The notes under the pieces: model-generated
The model's database searches: none
The model's input: only the letters and a program-made list of their open reading frames with translations
Told to the model about the DNA's origin: nothing
Position numbers and translations under genes: made by a program
Origin: a virus
DNA length: 64,000 nt
IMG/VR virus record: IMGVR_UViG_3300025870_000008
Coordinates: 16,843 to 80,842 of that record
Strand: one strand, 5' to 3'
Shown here: piece after piece, positions 54,971-64,000 of the stretch
Layout of the letters: each line of letters begins with the position of its first letter
How positions within the stretch are numbered: the first letter of the stretch is position 1

Positions 54971-55282
54971 TTAAGATGGGATTATTTTTTTGAATTTTTT
55001 TGATAGGTCATGTCTACCTATATTGGATAATATATAAGGTGTTGATAATATTTTGCTATGATCTTGATTAAAGTTTATACAAAACTTAGAGCAGTTTAAT
55101 GAAATTATTGCTGGACTTAGCTTTAAGTTGGCACCTTCATTATCTAGCATTAGCTCTAATGCCTTAGATGCAGCCTCTTCATGATTTGAGGCCACAACTG
55201 ACACTTCCCAGTTCGCTGATGTTATGAAATATAAATTTTCAAAATCATTGGTGATCAATCTTGATATATTTTCTTTAGGCAT
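54971..55282 (-). CDS. hypothetical protein
   Basis: 103-aa ATG ORF heading the leftward operon. Confidence 0.65.
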   Translation of the reverse strand: MPKENISRLITNDFENLYFITSANWEVSVVASNHEEAASKALELMLDNEGANLKLSPAIISLNCSKFCINFNQDHSKILSTPYILSNIGRHDLSKKFKKIIPS

Positions 55283-55514
55283 TGATATAAGATATCAGTT
55301 TTTAACAAAAAGTCAAGTTTTTTTACAAACTTGTATGTATTTATTTATAATATTAACTTTTGAGTCTTTATATATCCTAATATATATATTAATATATTAT
55401 ATATATCTTGTTTTGTTGATAACATCATAAAATATTTTACTTGTAAAAACTTTAAGTTTTTGATATATTAATTTTAGCTATCAAAAGTTTGTGTATGATA
55501 GTTGATTAATAAAT

Positions 55515-57923
55515 ATGAAAATTAAGAAACGAAACGGCAGGTTAGAAGATTTTAATGTAGAAAAGATAAATGCTAGTGCTGAAAGAGCTTGCGTTGGAAT
55601 AGAAGATGTATCAGCTAGCGAGATTGTGCTAGATGCTCAATTACAACTATTCGACAAGATAACGACTAGAGAAATAGATCAAGCTCTAATATTTTCTGCC
55701 CGCGAAAAGATTGAAAAAGAACCTAATTACTCCTTTGCTGCCGCACAGCTATTGCTCAACACTTTATACAAAGAAGTTTTTAAAGAGGGTGTGGACTCCG
55801 ATACGTTTAAACTCCAATATAGGAAAAGCTTCATTCAAAACACAAAAAAATTAGTTAAGGAAAATAGACTAGATGAGCGTTTACTGGACTTTGATCTCGC
55901 TTTCTTGTCTGAAAATATAAAAATCAGAAGAGATAAAAACTTAAAATATCTCGGAGTTCAAATTCTTTACGATAGATATTTTCTTAGAATAGACGATAAG
56001 ATTATGGAAACTCCGCAATCTTTTTTTATGCGTGTTGCTATGGGGCTTTCTATCGACGAGGATAATAAAAACGAAAGAGCTGTTGAATTTTATAATTTAA
56101 TTAGCCAGCAGCTTTATACCCCATCTACCCCAACTCTTTTTAACAGTGGAACCACTCATTCGCAGCTTAGCTCTTGCTACCTTAACACTTTTGATGATAG
56201 CATTGATGGTATCTTTGATGGTGCCTGGCAAGAAGCCAGAAAATCAAAATATGCTGGCGGTCTCGGTCTTGATGTTACTCCTTTTCGCTCCACGGGTTCT
56301 CATATTCAAGGAACTAACGGTATTTCTAGCGGGCTAGTTCCATGGCTTAAAATATACAATGATTTATTAGTTGCGGTAAATCAGGGCGGAAAACGTCCAG
56401 GTGCTGGCTGTGCTTATCTGGAACCCTGGCACTTAGATTATGAAGACTTTTTAAATCTTCGCAGAAACACTGGGGACGACAGGCTTCGATGTCACGACAT
56501 GAATACCGCCTCCTGGATTCCCGATGAGTTTATGCGTAGGGTTAAAAATGAAGAAATTTGGTATTTCTTTGACCCTAAATATGCAGACCTTCATGATCGA
56601 TTTGGAGAAGATTTCGATGTAAGATATAACGAATTATGCAATCAAGCTGATGAAGGCTTAATAAAAAACTACAGAACAACCCCAGCTAAAGAACTATGGA
56701 AAAAGATGCTTAAAGTACTATTTGAGACATCTCATCCCTGGAACACATTTAAAGATCCGTGTAACATTCGATACACCAATCAACATGCTGGAGCCGTACG
56801 TAGCTCTAATCTTTGCACGGAGATCACCCTTCACACAAAACCGTCTGAATACAAACGAGGCGAAAAAACTAAAATCGGAGAAACCGCTGTTTGTAATTTA
56901 GGTTCTATTAATGTACTGAATCACTTATTGGAAGACGGTGATATAGATTTTGATAAACTCAAACAATCTATTCACACTGCTGTTAGAATGCTGGATAACG
57001 TAATTGATATTAACTTCTACCCAACCAAAGAGTCCAGTAACTCTAATCTTAAAAATCGCCCAGTAGGATTAGGAGTCATGGGCATACACGATGTACTTCA
57101 TGTAAAAAATATACCTATCGATAGCGAAGAAGCTATACATTGGAATGATTATTTCTTTGAGTTTTATAGTAGGGAGGCTATTCTTGCTAGCTCAAACTTA
57201 GCAAAGGAAAGGGGTCCTTACGAAACTTTTGAAGGTTCTTTGTGGCACCAAAACATTCTACCAATAGATAGTTTTGGTATTTTAAATAAATATAGAAAAT
57301 CAAAATTTAATAAAAAAGAGTCTTTAAACTGGTCGGAAGTGCGAGATTCAATAAAATCCCACGGAATGCGCAATAGTAATGTTATGGCAATTGCCCCAAC
57401 GGCCACAATTGGCTACATCAATGGTGTGGAACAAAGCATTGAACCTAATTTTTCCGTTTTATTTGTTTACGAAAATAAAAGCGGTAATTTTTATATCACC
57501 AATCCTCATTTTGTTAAAGACATGAAAGACAGAGGTTTATGGAATTCAGAAATTTCAAATTTAGTAAAAAATTGCGATGGAGATTTGTCTCTAATAGATG
57601 ATTCTATACCAGATATCTTAAAAGAAAAATACAAAACGGCTTTCGATAGAGATATGTTCAAACTAATAGACTGCAACTCAGTTCGACAAAAATGGATAGA
57701 TCAGGCTGTTAGCTTCAACCTCTACAATAAAACAACTTCATTAAAATACTTAAACGATATATACTTTCATGCTTGGGAGAAATGCTTAAAAACAACTTAT
57801 TATTTAAGAAATCGTGCTGCTAGTAAAATCGAGAAGTCTTCTCAATCAGAAACCGAGCCAAAAAATAAGTCTTGCAGCCTAGAAGCTAAAGATCGTGGCG
57901 AAAGTTGCGAAAGTTGTCAATAA
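55515..57923 (+). CDS. nrdA: ribonucleotide reductase class I alpha subunit with ATP cone
   Basis: IKKRNG ATP cone, TPTLFN, SSC, QGGKR.G, SNLCTEI, CNLGS, APTAT, KTTYY and C-terminal CESCQ. Confidence 0.95.
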   Translation: MKIKKRNGRLEDFNVEKINASAERACVGIEDVSASEIVLDAQLQLFDKITTREIDQALIFSAREKIEKEPNYSFAAAQLLLNTLYKEVFKEGVDSDTFKLQYRKSFIQNTKKLVKENRLDERLLDFDLAFLSENIKIRRDKNLKYLGVQILYDRYFLRIDDKIMETPQSFFMRVAMGLSIDEDNKNERAVEFYNLISQQLYTPSTPTLFNSGTTHSQLSSCYLNTFDDSIDGIFDGAWQEARKSKYAGGLGLDVTPFRSTGSHIQGTNGISSGLVPWLKIYNDLLVAVNQGGKRPGAGCAYLEPWHLDYEDFLNLRRNTGDDRLRCHDMNTASWIPDEFMRRVKNEEIWYFFDPKYADLHDRFGEDFDVRYNELCNQADEGLIKNYRTTPAKELWKKMLKVLFETSHPWNTFKDPCNIRYTNQHAGAVRSSNLCTEITLHTKPSEYKRGEKTKIGETAVCNLGSINVLNHLLEDGDIDFDKLKQSIHTAVRMLDNVIDINFYPTKESSNSNLKNRPVGLGVMGIHDVLHVKNIPIDSEEAIHWNDYFFEFYSREAILASSNLAKERGPYETFEGSLWHQNILPIDSFGILNKYRKSKFNKKESLNWSEVRDSIKSHGMRNSNVMAIAPTATIGYINGVEQSIEPNFSVLFVYENKSGNFYITNPHFVKDMKDRGLWNSEISNLVKNCDGDLSLIDDSIPDILKEKYKTAFDRDMFKLIDCNSVRQKWIDQAVSFNLYNKTTSLKYLNDIYFHAWEKCLKTTYYLRNRAASKIEKSSQSETEPKNKSCSLEAKDRGESCESCQ

Positions 57924-57965
57924 TTATGTGTAATACATGTGTATTTGTGTGTACCTACATAAAGC

Positions 57966-59765
57966 ATGGCAAAATCTTTAAAAAAACAAAATAAAATATG
58001 CGTTTTCTACCCCTGCACTCAAAAAGAGTTAGAATCTGGCGGTTTATATCAATCTATTGTAAAAATAATCTCAAAAACACCGTCTGAAAAATATTCTTTT
58101 GATTTATTTTTAATATTTGATAATTTACCTGAATCCAATTCTAATTTAACTAAAATACTTGATTTAGGAAACACCTTTTATCTAAATAAGATTTACACCC
58201 ATAGTCTAAACCTTAGTGGCTCTGACAATTTATATATAAAGCATTGGGATAGTAGATCTAGTCTACCAGAAATTATACCCCCTCACGGCTTAAGCTCTGG
58301 TCCCAACAACTCTTTCTACCAAAGTTTATACTATCTTCTGTCTCACCCAAATCGCTACCAATACACCCTCTTACTAGAAACAGATATTCAGATTTTAAAA
58401 GCAAAATGGCTAGACTATATCTTAAATTTCTGTAACTCTAATGAGTTTTCTATAGCTGGCTCTAAGTATAAAGGTATTCAAAAATGGCACAGAGTATTAG
58501 ATTACAAAGATCATTTAAACGGAATAGCTATATATAATTTAAATCAAGATTTATATAAAATATTAAAATCCAGCGAAGAACATTTAATTAAATCGGTAAA
58601 AAGTGGTGTTCCATTTATTAATTTCGATATAGCTATAGATGAATGGCGAAGATCAGAAGAAGGATCTCGCTTTTTTAATAACTCGAATAAGCTTATAGAT
58701 ACAAAATTTATAACTAATGCTAGCGACCCAGAAGACGCAGGTCTAAGCATGTTTAAGGTTTTAACGCATTACCCAGATACAATAATTCTTCATCATAAAA
58801 CTAATTCTGACAACTTCTCTTTCACATCTAAAGCTAGCTTAGACACTATCGATTACTTAGATCCTAAAATAGAATTAATCAAAAAATACTCAAAACCCTC
58901 ACTCAGCAAGCTTAATATTCCTATATTTTTCCACATACCAAAAAACGCAGGTACCTTCATTGAAAGTTTAATTCTTAATTTGTTAAGACGCTATAATAGG
59001 CTTTACTTCCAGTCGGAATACCCACGCGAATTAAGAATTACCATCAAGGGGTTAGAATGTTTTAATGTATTTTTTATAGATTCAGAAAATATATTAGGTT
59101 TAGATAAAAATATTGAGCATGTAGAGTCAATTACTTATAAATGCGAAATTTCAGATGTTCCGATTGATTTATTTAATTTCATTTCGCCCTTCTCCATCAC
59201 AGTCAATAGTAATGGATTTAGGCATTTTAACACTCTTTTTAATTTCTTTGATTCGGAATTTTATTCTCTTAGACCTTTCTTGGCCTTAAGAGATCCTCTT
59301 GATAGAGCTCTATCTTTATATGAATATAACAATTCCTTTGCTTCTTCTCACGACGAAAAGCACGGCTCCATTTCTTACGACACCTTCATGGACTACACCG
59401 CCAGTATGCAGTTTGAAGATGCTTGGGTTATTAGGAACCTCCTGGATGTTAAAGACGAGCATGAAATATCCGAAGCTATTTATGAAAAATTTTTAAAATT
59501 TATATCTTATTTTAATATTGTTTTTACGGAGGACTCTGATTTTCCCAGTAAAATAGGGTCTATTTATGAAAATATATATGACGGTTTATCTCCGCACCTA
59601 ACTCCAGAATCTTGGTTTAAAGATACTCCGCTTACTAAAAACGAAAATAAAAATAAAAAATTCTCGAAAGAATCTCTACCTGAAGAGTATCTGGAAGTTT
59701 TTAATGAAAAAACTAAATTTGATTATAAATTGTATAATAGTTTAAAATCCAAGTTTTTAGATTAA
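57966..59765 (+). CDS. fusion of GT-A-like domain and sulfotransferase domain
   Basis: N-terminal GPN..F...LLETD...W...HLNG.A.Y; C-terminal FFHIPKNAGT and LRDPLDRALSLY PAPS motifs. Confidence 0.7.
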   Translation: MAKSLKKQNKICVFYPCTQKELESGGLYQSIVKIISKTPSEKYSFDLFLIFDNLPESNSNLTKILDLGNTFYLNKIYTHSLNLSGSDNLYIKHWDSRSSLPEIIPPHGLSSGPNNSFYQSLYYLLSHPNRYQYTLLLETDIQILKAKWLDYILNFCNSNEFSIAGSKYKGIQKWHRVLDYKDHLNGIAIYNLNQDLYKILKSSEEHLIKSVKSGVPFINFDIAIDEWRRSEEGSRFFNNSNKLIDTKFITNASDPEDAGLSMFKVLTHYPDTIILHHKTNSDNFSFTSKASLDTIDYLDPKIELIKKYSKPSLSKLNIPIFFHIPKNAGTFIESLILNLLRRYNRLYFQSEYPRELRITIKGLECFNVFFIDSENILGLDKNIEHVESITYKCEISDVPIDLFNFISPFSITVNSNGFRHFNTLFNFFDSEFYSLRPFLALRDPLDRALSLYEYNNSFASSHDEKHGSISYDTFMDYTASMQFEDAWVIRNLLDVKDEHEISEAIYEKFLKFISYFNIVFTEDSDFPSKIGSIYENIYDGLSPHLTPESWFKDTPLTKNENKNKKFSKESLPEEYLEVFNEKTKFDYKLYNSLKSKFLD

Positions 59766-59777
59766 TATAATTATATT

Positions 59778-60134
59778 GTGCTTCCAGATTTTTTTTCCAA
59801 CAAGAGCTTAATTTATATACACTGCCCCTCTTTAAAGTTTTCTGACTTTAACATCTTAATGTCTCAAATTGGCAAAGTTTCATTTGAGCTTAAAAATTGT
59901 GAGTTTTTCGTGTCTCCACTAGATAAAAAAATAACTAAAAAACTATCCGAAATAAATTTTACCTTCTACAAAACAGAAGACTACAATCTCCACGATTATA
60001 ACTTTGATTACTTTATCACAACACCTCGTGATTCCAAAAATCTAAACCATAAAAATCCTAAAAAATTTTTTTTTATAAATGAATCTTCTTTTTCTTTTAA
60101 AATTTCTCCCACCTTAATTAATAGTTTTTTATGA
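59778..60134 (+). CDS. hypothetical protein
   Basis: 118-aa GTG ORF inside the glycan cluster. Confidence 0.5.
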   Translation: MLPDFFSNKSLIYIHCPSLKFSDFNILMSQIGKVSFELKNCEFFVSPLDKKITKKLSEINFTFYKTEDYNLHDYNFDYFITTPRDSKNLNHKNPKKFFFINESSFSFKISPTLINSFL

Positions 60135-60964
60135 GTCAAAAAAGTTTAAGCATAATACTTTGCTCCAAGAACGACAATTATTGCGGCAAATCAATTAAAA
60201 AATTAGAATTAATACTTAAATACATCCGTAGGTTTTCTAAACTTCTAAACTCCAAAATTCTTTTCGACGTCATCCTGGTTGACTGGGGATCTTCATTACC
60301 CTTATGCAAAAGTCCTATTTTAAATAAAGCGGATTTTAATTTCGTTAAGTTTTTGCATTTTGGTAAAGATTATTGCGACCCATTAAACGGCGACTCTGAA
60401 TACTCTCAACCCCACGCTCTAAATGAAGCAATTAATCATAGCTCCAGTAACTTTTTTTTAAAAATCGACCATGACACAATTATAGGCCCTTCTTTTTTTC
60501 ATTGGTTTGATCAAAAATTAAATTTACCTAATTTAGCTTTTTCTTGCTCAAGAAATATTAATTACAATCAACTAGAATCCATTGATAAAATTCTACTCAG
60601 TGATAATTTTCAAGATTTTAACTTAACAGAAACCCAACATTGCTTTAATAAAAAATCCAACGAAAAGTTCTTTCCGTTTTTTGGTTGTCAACGTGGTGTT
60701 TTATTTTTTTCCAAAAATGCGGCTCATATCAATAATGGTTTTAATCAAGACTTAGTTTTTCAAAATTATCAATCTATAGATTTTATAAATAGATTATTAC
60801 ACAAGTACAACATTTATAATTTAGGCTTGAAATTAAACTTTGACTTTTACCATGTAGAACATCAACATAAAGATGGATTACATAGAATATCAAATTCTTT
60901 TCTATATAAAAATAATATTTTTTCACCTCAAAATAAAAATAGAAAATTAAAAAATAAATTATAA
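60131..60964 (+). CDS. GT2/GT-A family glycosyltransferase
   Basis: SIIL...ILVDWGS...ALN.AI...IDHD (DxD)...NGFNQD...YHVEH. Confidence 0.75.
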   Translation: MSQKSLSIILCSKNDNYCGKSIKKLELILKYIRRFSKLLNSKILFDVILVDWGSSLPLCKSPILNKADFNFVKFLHFGKDYCDPLNGDSEYSQPHALNEAINHSSSNFFLKIDHDTIIGPSFFHWFDQKLNLPNLAFSCSRNINYNQLESIDKILLSDNFQDFNLTETQHCFNKKSNEKFFPFFGCQRGVLFFSKNAAHINNGFNQDLVFQNYQSIDFINRLLHKYNIYNLGLKLNFDFYHVEHQHKDGLHRISNSFLYKNNIFSPQNKNRKLKNKL

Positions 60965-60976
60965 TATATATAATAT

Positions 60977-61909
60977 ATGAAAGTTTTAGTTACAGGTGGA
61001 GCTGGTTATGTAGGGTCTGTTTTAGTTGAAAAACTATTAAAAAAAGGTTTTAAAGTTTGTGTCGTTGACAATTTAATGTACGACAATGGGTTCACATTGA
61101 TCCCTCATTTTAATAATGCTAAATTTCAATTCATAAAAGGCGATGTTAGAGATAAATCTCTAATGAAAAATTTAGTTCATAATTTTGAATTTGTTATACA
61201 TCTTGCTGCTATTGTAGGTTTTCCAGCTTGCCGCAAAAACCCTCAATTAGCTAGAGAAGTAAATGTTCACTCCACCAAACATATCTCTTCTTTACTTTCC
61301 TCAGATCAGGGTGTTGTTTATGCTTCAACAGGCTCTAATTATGGAATTATAGAAAACCAAATCTGCACAGAAGAAACTCCCTTAAATCCAATTAGTTTAT
61401 ACGGCAAAACAAAGACGAAAGCTGAAGAAATTTTCCTCAACGAAAATGGAGCGGTTGCTTATCGTTTTGCTACCGCTTTTGGCCTTTCCCCTAGGATGCG
61501 TTTAGATTTATTAATTAACGACTTTGTTTACCAAGCCATCAATAACAAAACCCTTGTTATGTTTGAAAAATCATTTAAGAGAACTTTCATTCATGTTAAC
61601 GACATGGCAGATAGTATTATTTATGCTATAGAAAATTACGACAATATGAAGAACGACACTTATAACATTGGCGGGGATTTCAACAATTTCAATAAAGAAG
61701 AAATAGCATTAATGATTAAAGAAAGAGTGGATTATTACTTACACTTTGCTGAAATAGGAGAAGACGAAGATAAAAGAAATTACGAAGTTTCTTATGAAAA
61801 AATAAACAACAAAGGCTTTAAAATCAAAACATCTGTCAAGGATGGTATAAATGAATTAATTAAAGCTGTTCCAGCTTTAGATAGCAGAAGTAAATATAAA
61901 AATGTATAA
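60977..61909 (+). CDS. NAD-dependent sugar epimerase/dehydratase
   Basis: TGGAGYVGS, HLAAIVG and YGKTK (YxxxK) motifs. Confidence 0.9.
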   Translation: MKVLVTGGAGYVGSVLVEKLLKKGFKVCVVDNLMYDNGFTLIPHFNNAKFQFIKGDVRDKSLMKNLVHNFEFVIHLAAIVGFPACRKNPQLAREVNVHSTKHISSLLSSDQGVVYASTGSNYGIIENQICTEETPLNPISLYGKTKTKAEEIFLNENGAVAYRFATAFGLSPRMRLDLLINDFVYQAINNKTLVMFEKSFKRTFIHVNDMADSIIYAIENYDNMKNDTYNIGGDFNNFNKEEIALMIKERVDYYLHFAEIGEDEDKRNYEVSYEKINNKGFKIKTSVKDGINELIKAVPALDSRSKYKNV

Positions 61910-62834
61910 AAAAATATTAATAACAGGAGGCTCGGGATTCCTTGGTCGACAAATAGTTAACGAATGTAGTCAAGAATTCGAAGTTCTTGCTCCAAGAAGC
62001 TCTGAATTCAATCTTTATGATTATGAATCTACTTCTAATTTTATTAAAGAGCATAAACCAGAAGTGGTAGTTCACTCGGCTGCTTACTACGGGGGCTTAA
62101 ATATCAATATCGAAGAACCCGCTAATCTTTTTAGAAATAACACCATAATGACAGCAAACATTTACGAAGCCGCTGCTAAAAATGGTGTTAAAAAAGTTGT
62201 GGCTGTAGGTTCTGCATGTGCTTACCCAGGGGAAGTTATCGGAGACATGAAAGAAGAAGATTTCTGGAGTGGCCCTATGCACGATTCTGTTATTGGATAT
62301 GGTTCTTCTAAAAAAATCCAACTCATTGCTCAAAAATCTTACTTCCAGCAATACGGCTTACTCGGTAACCACCTTTCTCTAACCAATTTATACGGAGAGC
62401 ACGATGTTTTTCAAATTTACAGAGCTCATGTAGTCGCCGCCTTAATTAAAAGATTTTCCGACGAAATTAATAATTCTTCTATAACAAACTGGGGTGATGG
62501 AAGTCCAGTTAGAGAATTTTTATATGTAAAAGACGCTGCAAAAGCGATCAAAATTTCTATCAATGCGGAGTCTGACCTTGAACCTATCAATATAGGAACT
62601 GGAGTAGGAACATCAATTAAAGAGCTTGCTGATCTTACAGCTAAATATATGAATTACCAAGGAGAACTAAAATGGGACACTTCTAAGCCTAACGGAGTCA
62701 TGAGAAAAGTTCTCGATGTAACCAAAATGAAGTCTAAGTTTCCTGATTTTATGCCTATTTCTTTTGAAGAAGGTTTGCGGCAAACAATTTCCTGGTATTT
62801 AAAAAACAAACAATCCGCAGATTCTAGATCATAA
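61902..62834 (+). CDS. fcl: GDP-L-fucose synthase
   Basis: GGSGFLG, AA..GG...N...PA, GSACAYP, YGSSK, NLYG..D, HVV.ALI, WGDGSP.REFL.V.D and WDTSKPNG..RK motifs. Confidence 0.85.
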   Translation: MYKKILITGGSGFLGRQIVNECSQEFEVLAPRSSEFNLYDYESTSNFIKEHKPEVVVHSAAYYGGLNINIEEPANLFRNNTIMTANIYEAAAKNGVKKVVAVGSACAYPGEVIGDMKEEDFWSGPMHDSVIGYGSSKKIQLIAQKSYFQQYGLLGNHLSLTNLYGEHDVFQIYRAHVVAALIKRFSDEINNSSITNWGDGSPVREFLYVKDAAKAIKISINAESDLEPINIGTGVGTSIKELADLTAKYMNYQGELKWDTSKPNGVMRKVLDVTKMKSKFPDFMPISFEEGLRQTISWYLKNKQSADSRS

Positions 62835-62883
62835 AAAATTTCTTTTTCATGGAGGTTTTGTGTAAAAGTTTTTTACAGTCTCC

Positions 62884-64000
62884 ATGTCTAATATAAATAT
62901 ATTTTCTAGCGAACCCACAACTTTCTCTGGGAGTTTGTCTGGTTCATCTGGAACCTCTCAAACTTTAAGTTCTGAGGGGTTTTTTATTGGTAAAAACCTA
63001 ACACATTCATATACTTTTTTTGTAGAAAATTCTGGTATCTCAGATGCAGTAGTCAGAGTTTGCGTTTCTAACTTAAAAGATTTCTCTGTTTGGACTTGTA
63101 TTTACACCGAAAAAATCGACTCGGGATCCTCCAAGAGTTTTTACTTTAATGATGTTTTTAACTTTGAATACACAAAGATTGAATTTACATCCTCCTCTGG
63201 AGAATTAATTTTTAATTCGGTTCATAATCCTGTATATAAACCTAAATCGTCTGGAGATTTTCCTGTTAATTTTTATACTCCTACAGAAACTTTTAGTAGT
63301 ACCCCAACCCTTACCCCTAGCACTCCACCAACCACAACGGTTACGGAAACAACTACGATTACATCAACAGTAACCGAAACGGCTACGATCACACCAACAG
63401 TAACCGAAACGGCTACAGTTACTGAAACGGCTACAATCACACCAACAGCTACAGTTACTGAAACGGCTACAATCACACCAACAGTAACCGAAACGGCTAC
63501 GATCACACCAACAGTAACCGAAACGGCTACAGTTACTGAAACGGCTACGATCACACCAACAGCTACAGTTACTAAAACGGCTACAATCACACCAACAGTA
63601 ACCGAAACGACTACGATCACACCAACAGTAACCGAAACAGCTACTATCACACCAACTACAACGGTTACTGAAACTATTACAGCGACAGAAACTACTACAG
63701 CGACAGAAACTACTACAGCTACGGAAACTACCACGGTTACACCAACAGCTACAGTTACAGAAACAGCTACGATCACACCTACCACAACAGTTACGGTCAC
63801 CCCAACCATAACAGTTACCGAAACAGCTACGATCACACCAACAGCAACCGAAACGGCTACAGTTACTGAAACGGCTACGATCACACCAACAGCAACCGAA
63901 ACGGCTACAGTTACTGAAACGGCTACAATCACACCAACAGCAACCGAAACGGTTACGATCACACCAACAGCAACCGAAACGGCTACAGTTACTGAAACGG
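62884..64000 (+). CDS. 3'-truncated protein with long mucin-like Thr-rich repeat
   Basis: ATG 62884 (MSNINIFSSEPTT...) open to the window end; TETATITPTV repeats from about 63280. Absent from the ORF track because there is no stop. Confidence 0.85.
   Translation, partial: MSNINIFSSEPTTFSGSLSGSSGTSQTLSSEGFFIGKNLTHSYTFFVENSGISDAVVRVCVSNLKDFSVWTCIYTEKIDSGSSKSFYFNDVFNFEYTKIEFTSSSGELIFNSVHNPVYKPKSSGDFPVNFYTPTETFSSTPTLTPSTPPTTTVTETTTITSTVTETATITPTVTETATVTETATITPTATVTETATITPTVTETATITPTVTETATVTETATITPTATVTKTATITPTVTETTTITPTVTETATITPTTTVTETITATETTTATETTTATETTTVTPTATVTETATITPTTTVTVTPTITVTETATITPTATETATVTETATITPTATETATVTETATITPTATETVTITPTATETATVTET
63277..64000 (+). repeat. Thr-rich coding tandem repeats
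   Basis: Recurrent ACCGAAACGGCTAC(A/G)ATCACACCAACA and GTTACTGAAACGGCTAC units. Confidence 0.9.

Noticed and set aside
6552-62351. Numerous 60-170 aa antisense or alternative-frame ORFs inside long genes
   Set aside because: They are fully nested within well-supported CDSs and have no recognisable motifs or promoters.
1-64000. Stop-codon reassignment, introns/inteins, DGR, tRNAs or integrase
   Set aside because: Long genes are intact in the standard code, terL and nrdA are of normal length without intein motifs, and I recognised no reverse transcriptase, recombinase or tRNA cloverleaf.

Overview
The window is a 64 kb segment of a large, AT-rich tailed dsDNA phage genome with a siphovirus-like layout and the standard genetic code. 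I saw no rRNA, tRNA, CRISPR array or integrase. (1) 1-5.7 kb: about 20 tiny ORFs, many with their own sigma70-type promoter sitting directly on the ATG (leaderless). Six copies of a 71-73 bp element (two 25-bp palindromes, consensus TAAGTGCTTGATTATCAAGCACTTA, around a 21-23 bp GC-rich spacer) divide this region into blocks, and every coding-strand switch inside it occurs at one of these elements. (2) 5.8-50.5 kb: late/virion module with PhoH, an S8 protease, an ECF-like sigma factor, an ERCC4 nuclease, TerL, portal, protease/scaffold, MCP, neck, tail tube, chaperones, a 2798-aa tape measure protein and tail-tip proteins. Many genes are preceded by a GTGTA motif, and gmd and a sulfotransferase are embedded among the structural genes. 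(3) 50.5-58 kb: DNA metabolism genes (SSAP-like, Whirly-like, SSB, second sigma factor, dNMP kinase, nrdA). (4) 58-64 kb: glycan-modification cluster and a mucin-like Thr-rich ORF running off the end. The best candidates for undescribed systems are the double-palindrome gene-cassette array, the tape measure protein segmented by GxxPNF motifs with nuclease-like domains, and a sulfated-fucose decoration system for mucin-like virion proteins. All product calls come from motif recognition and synteny by eye; no database searches were run.
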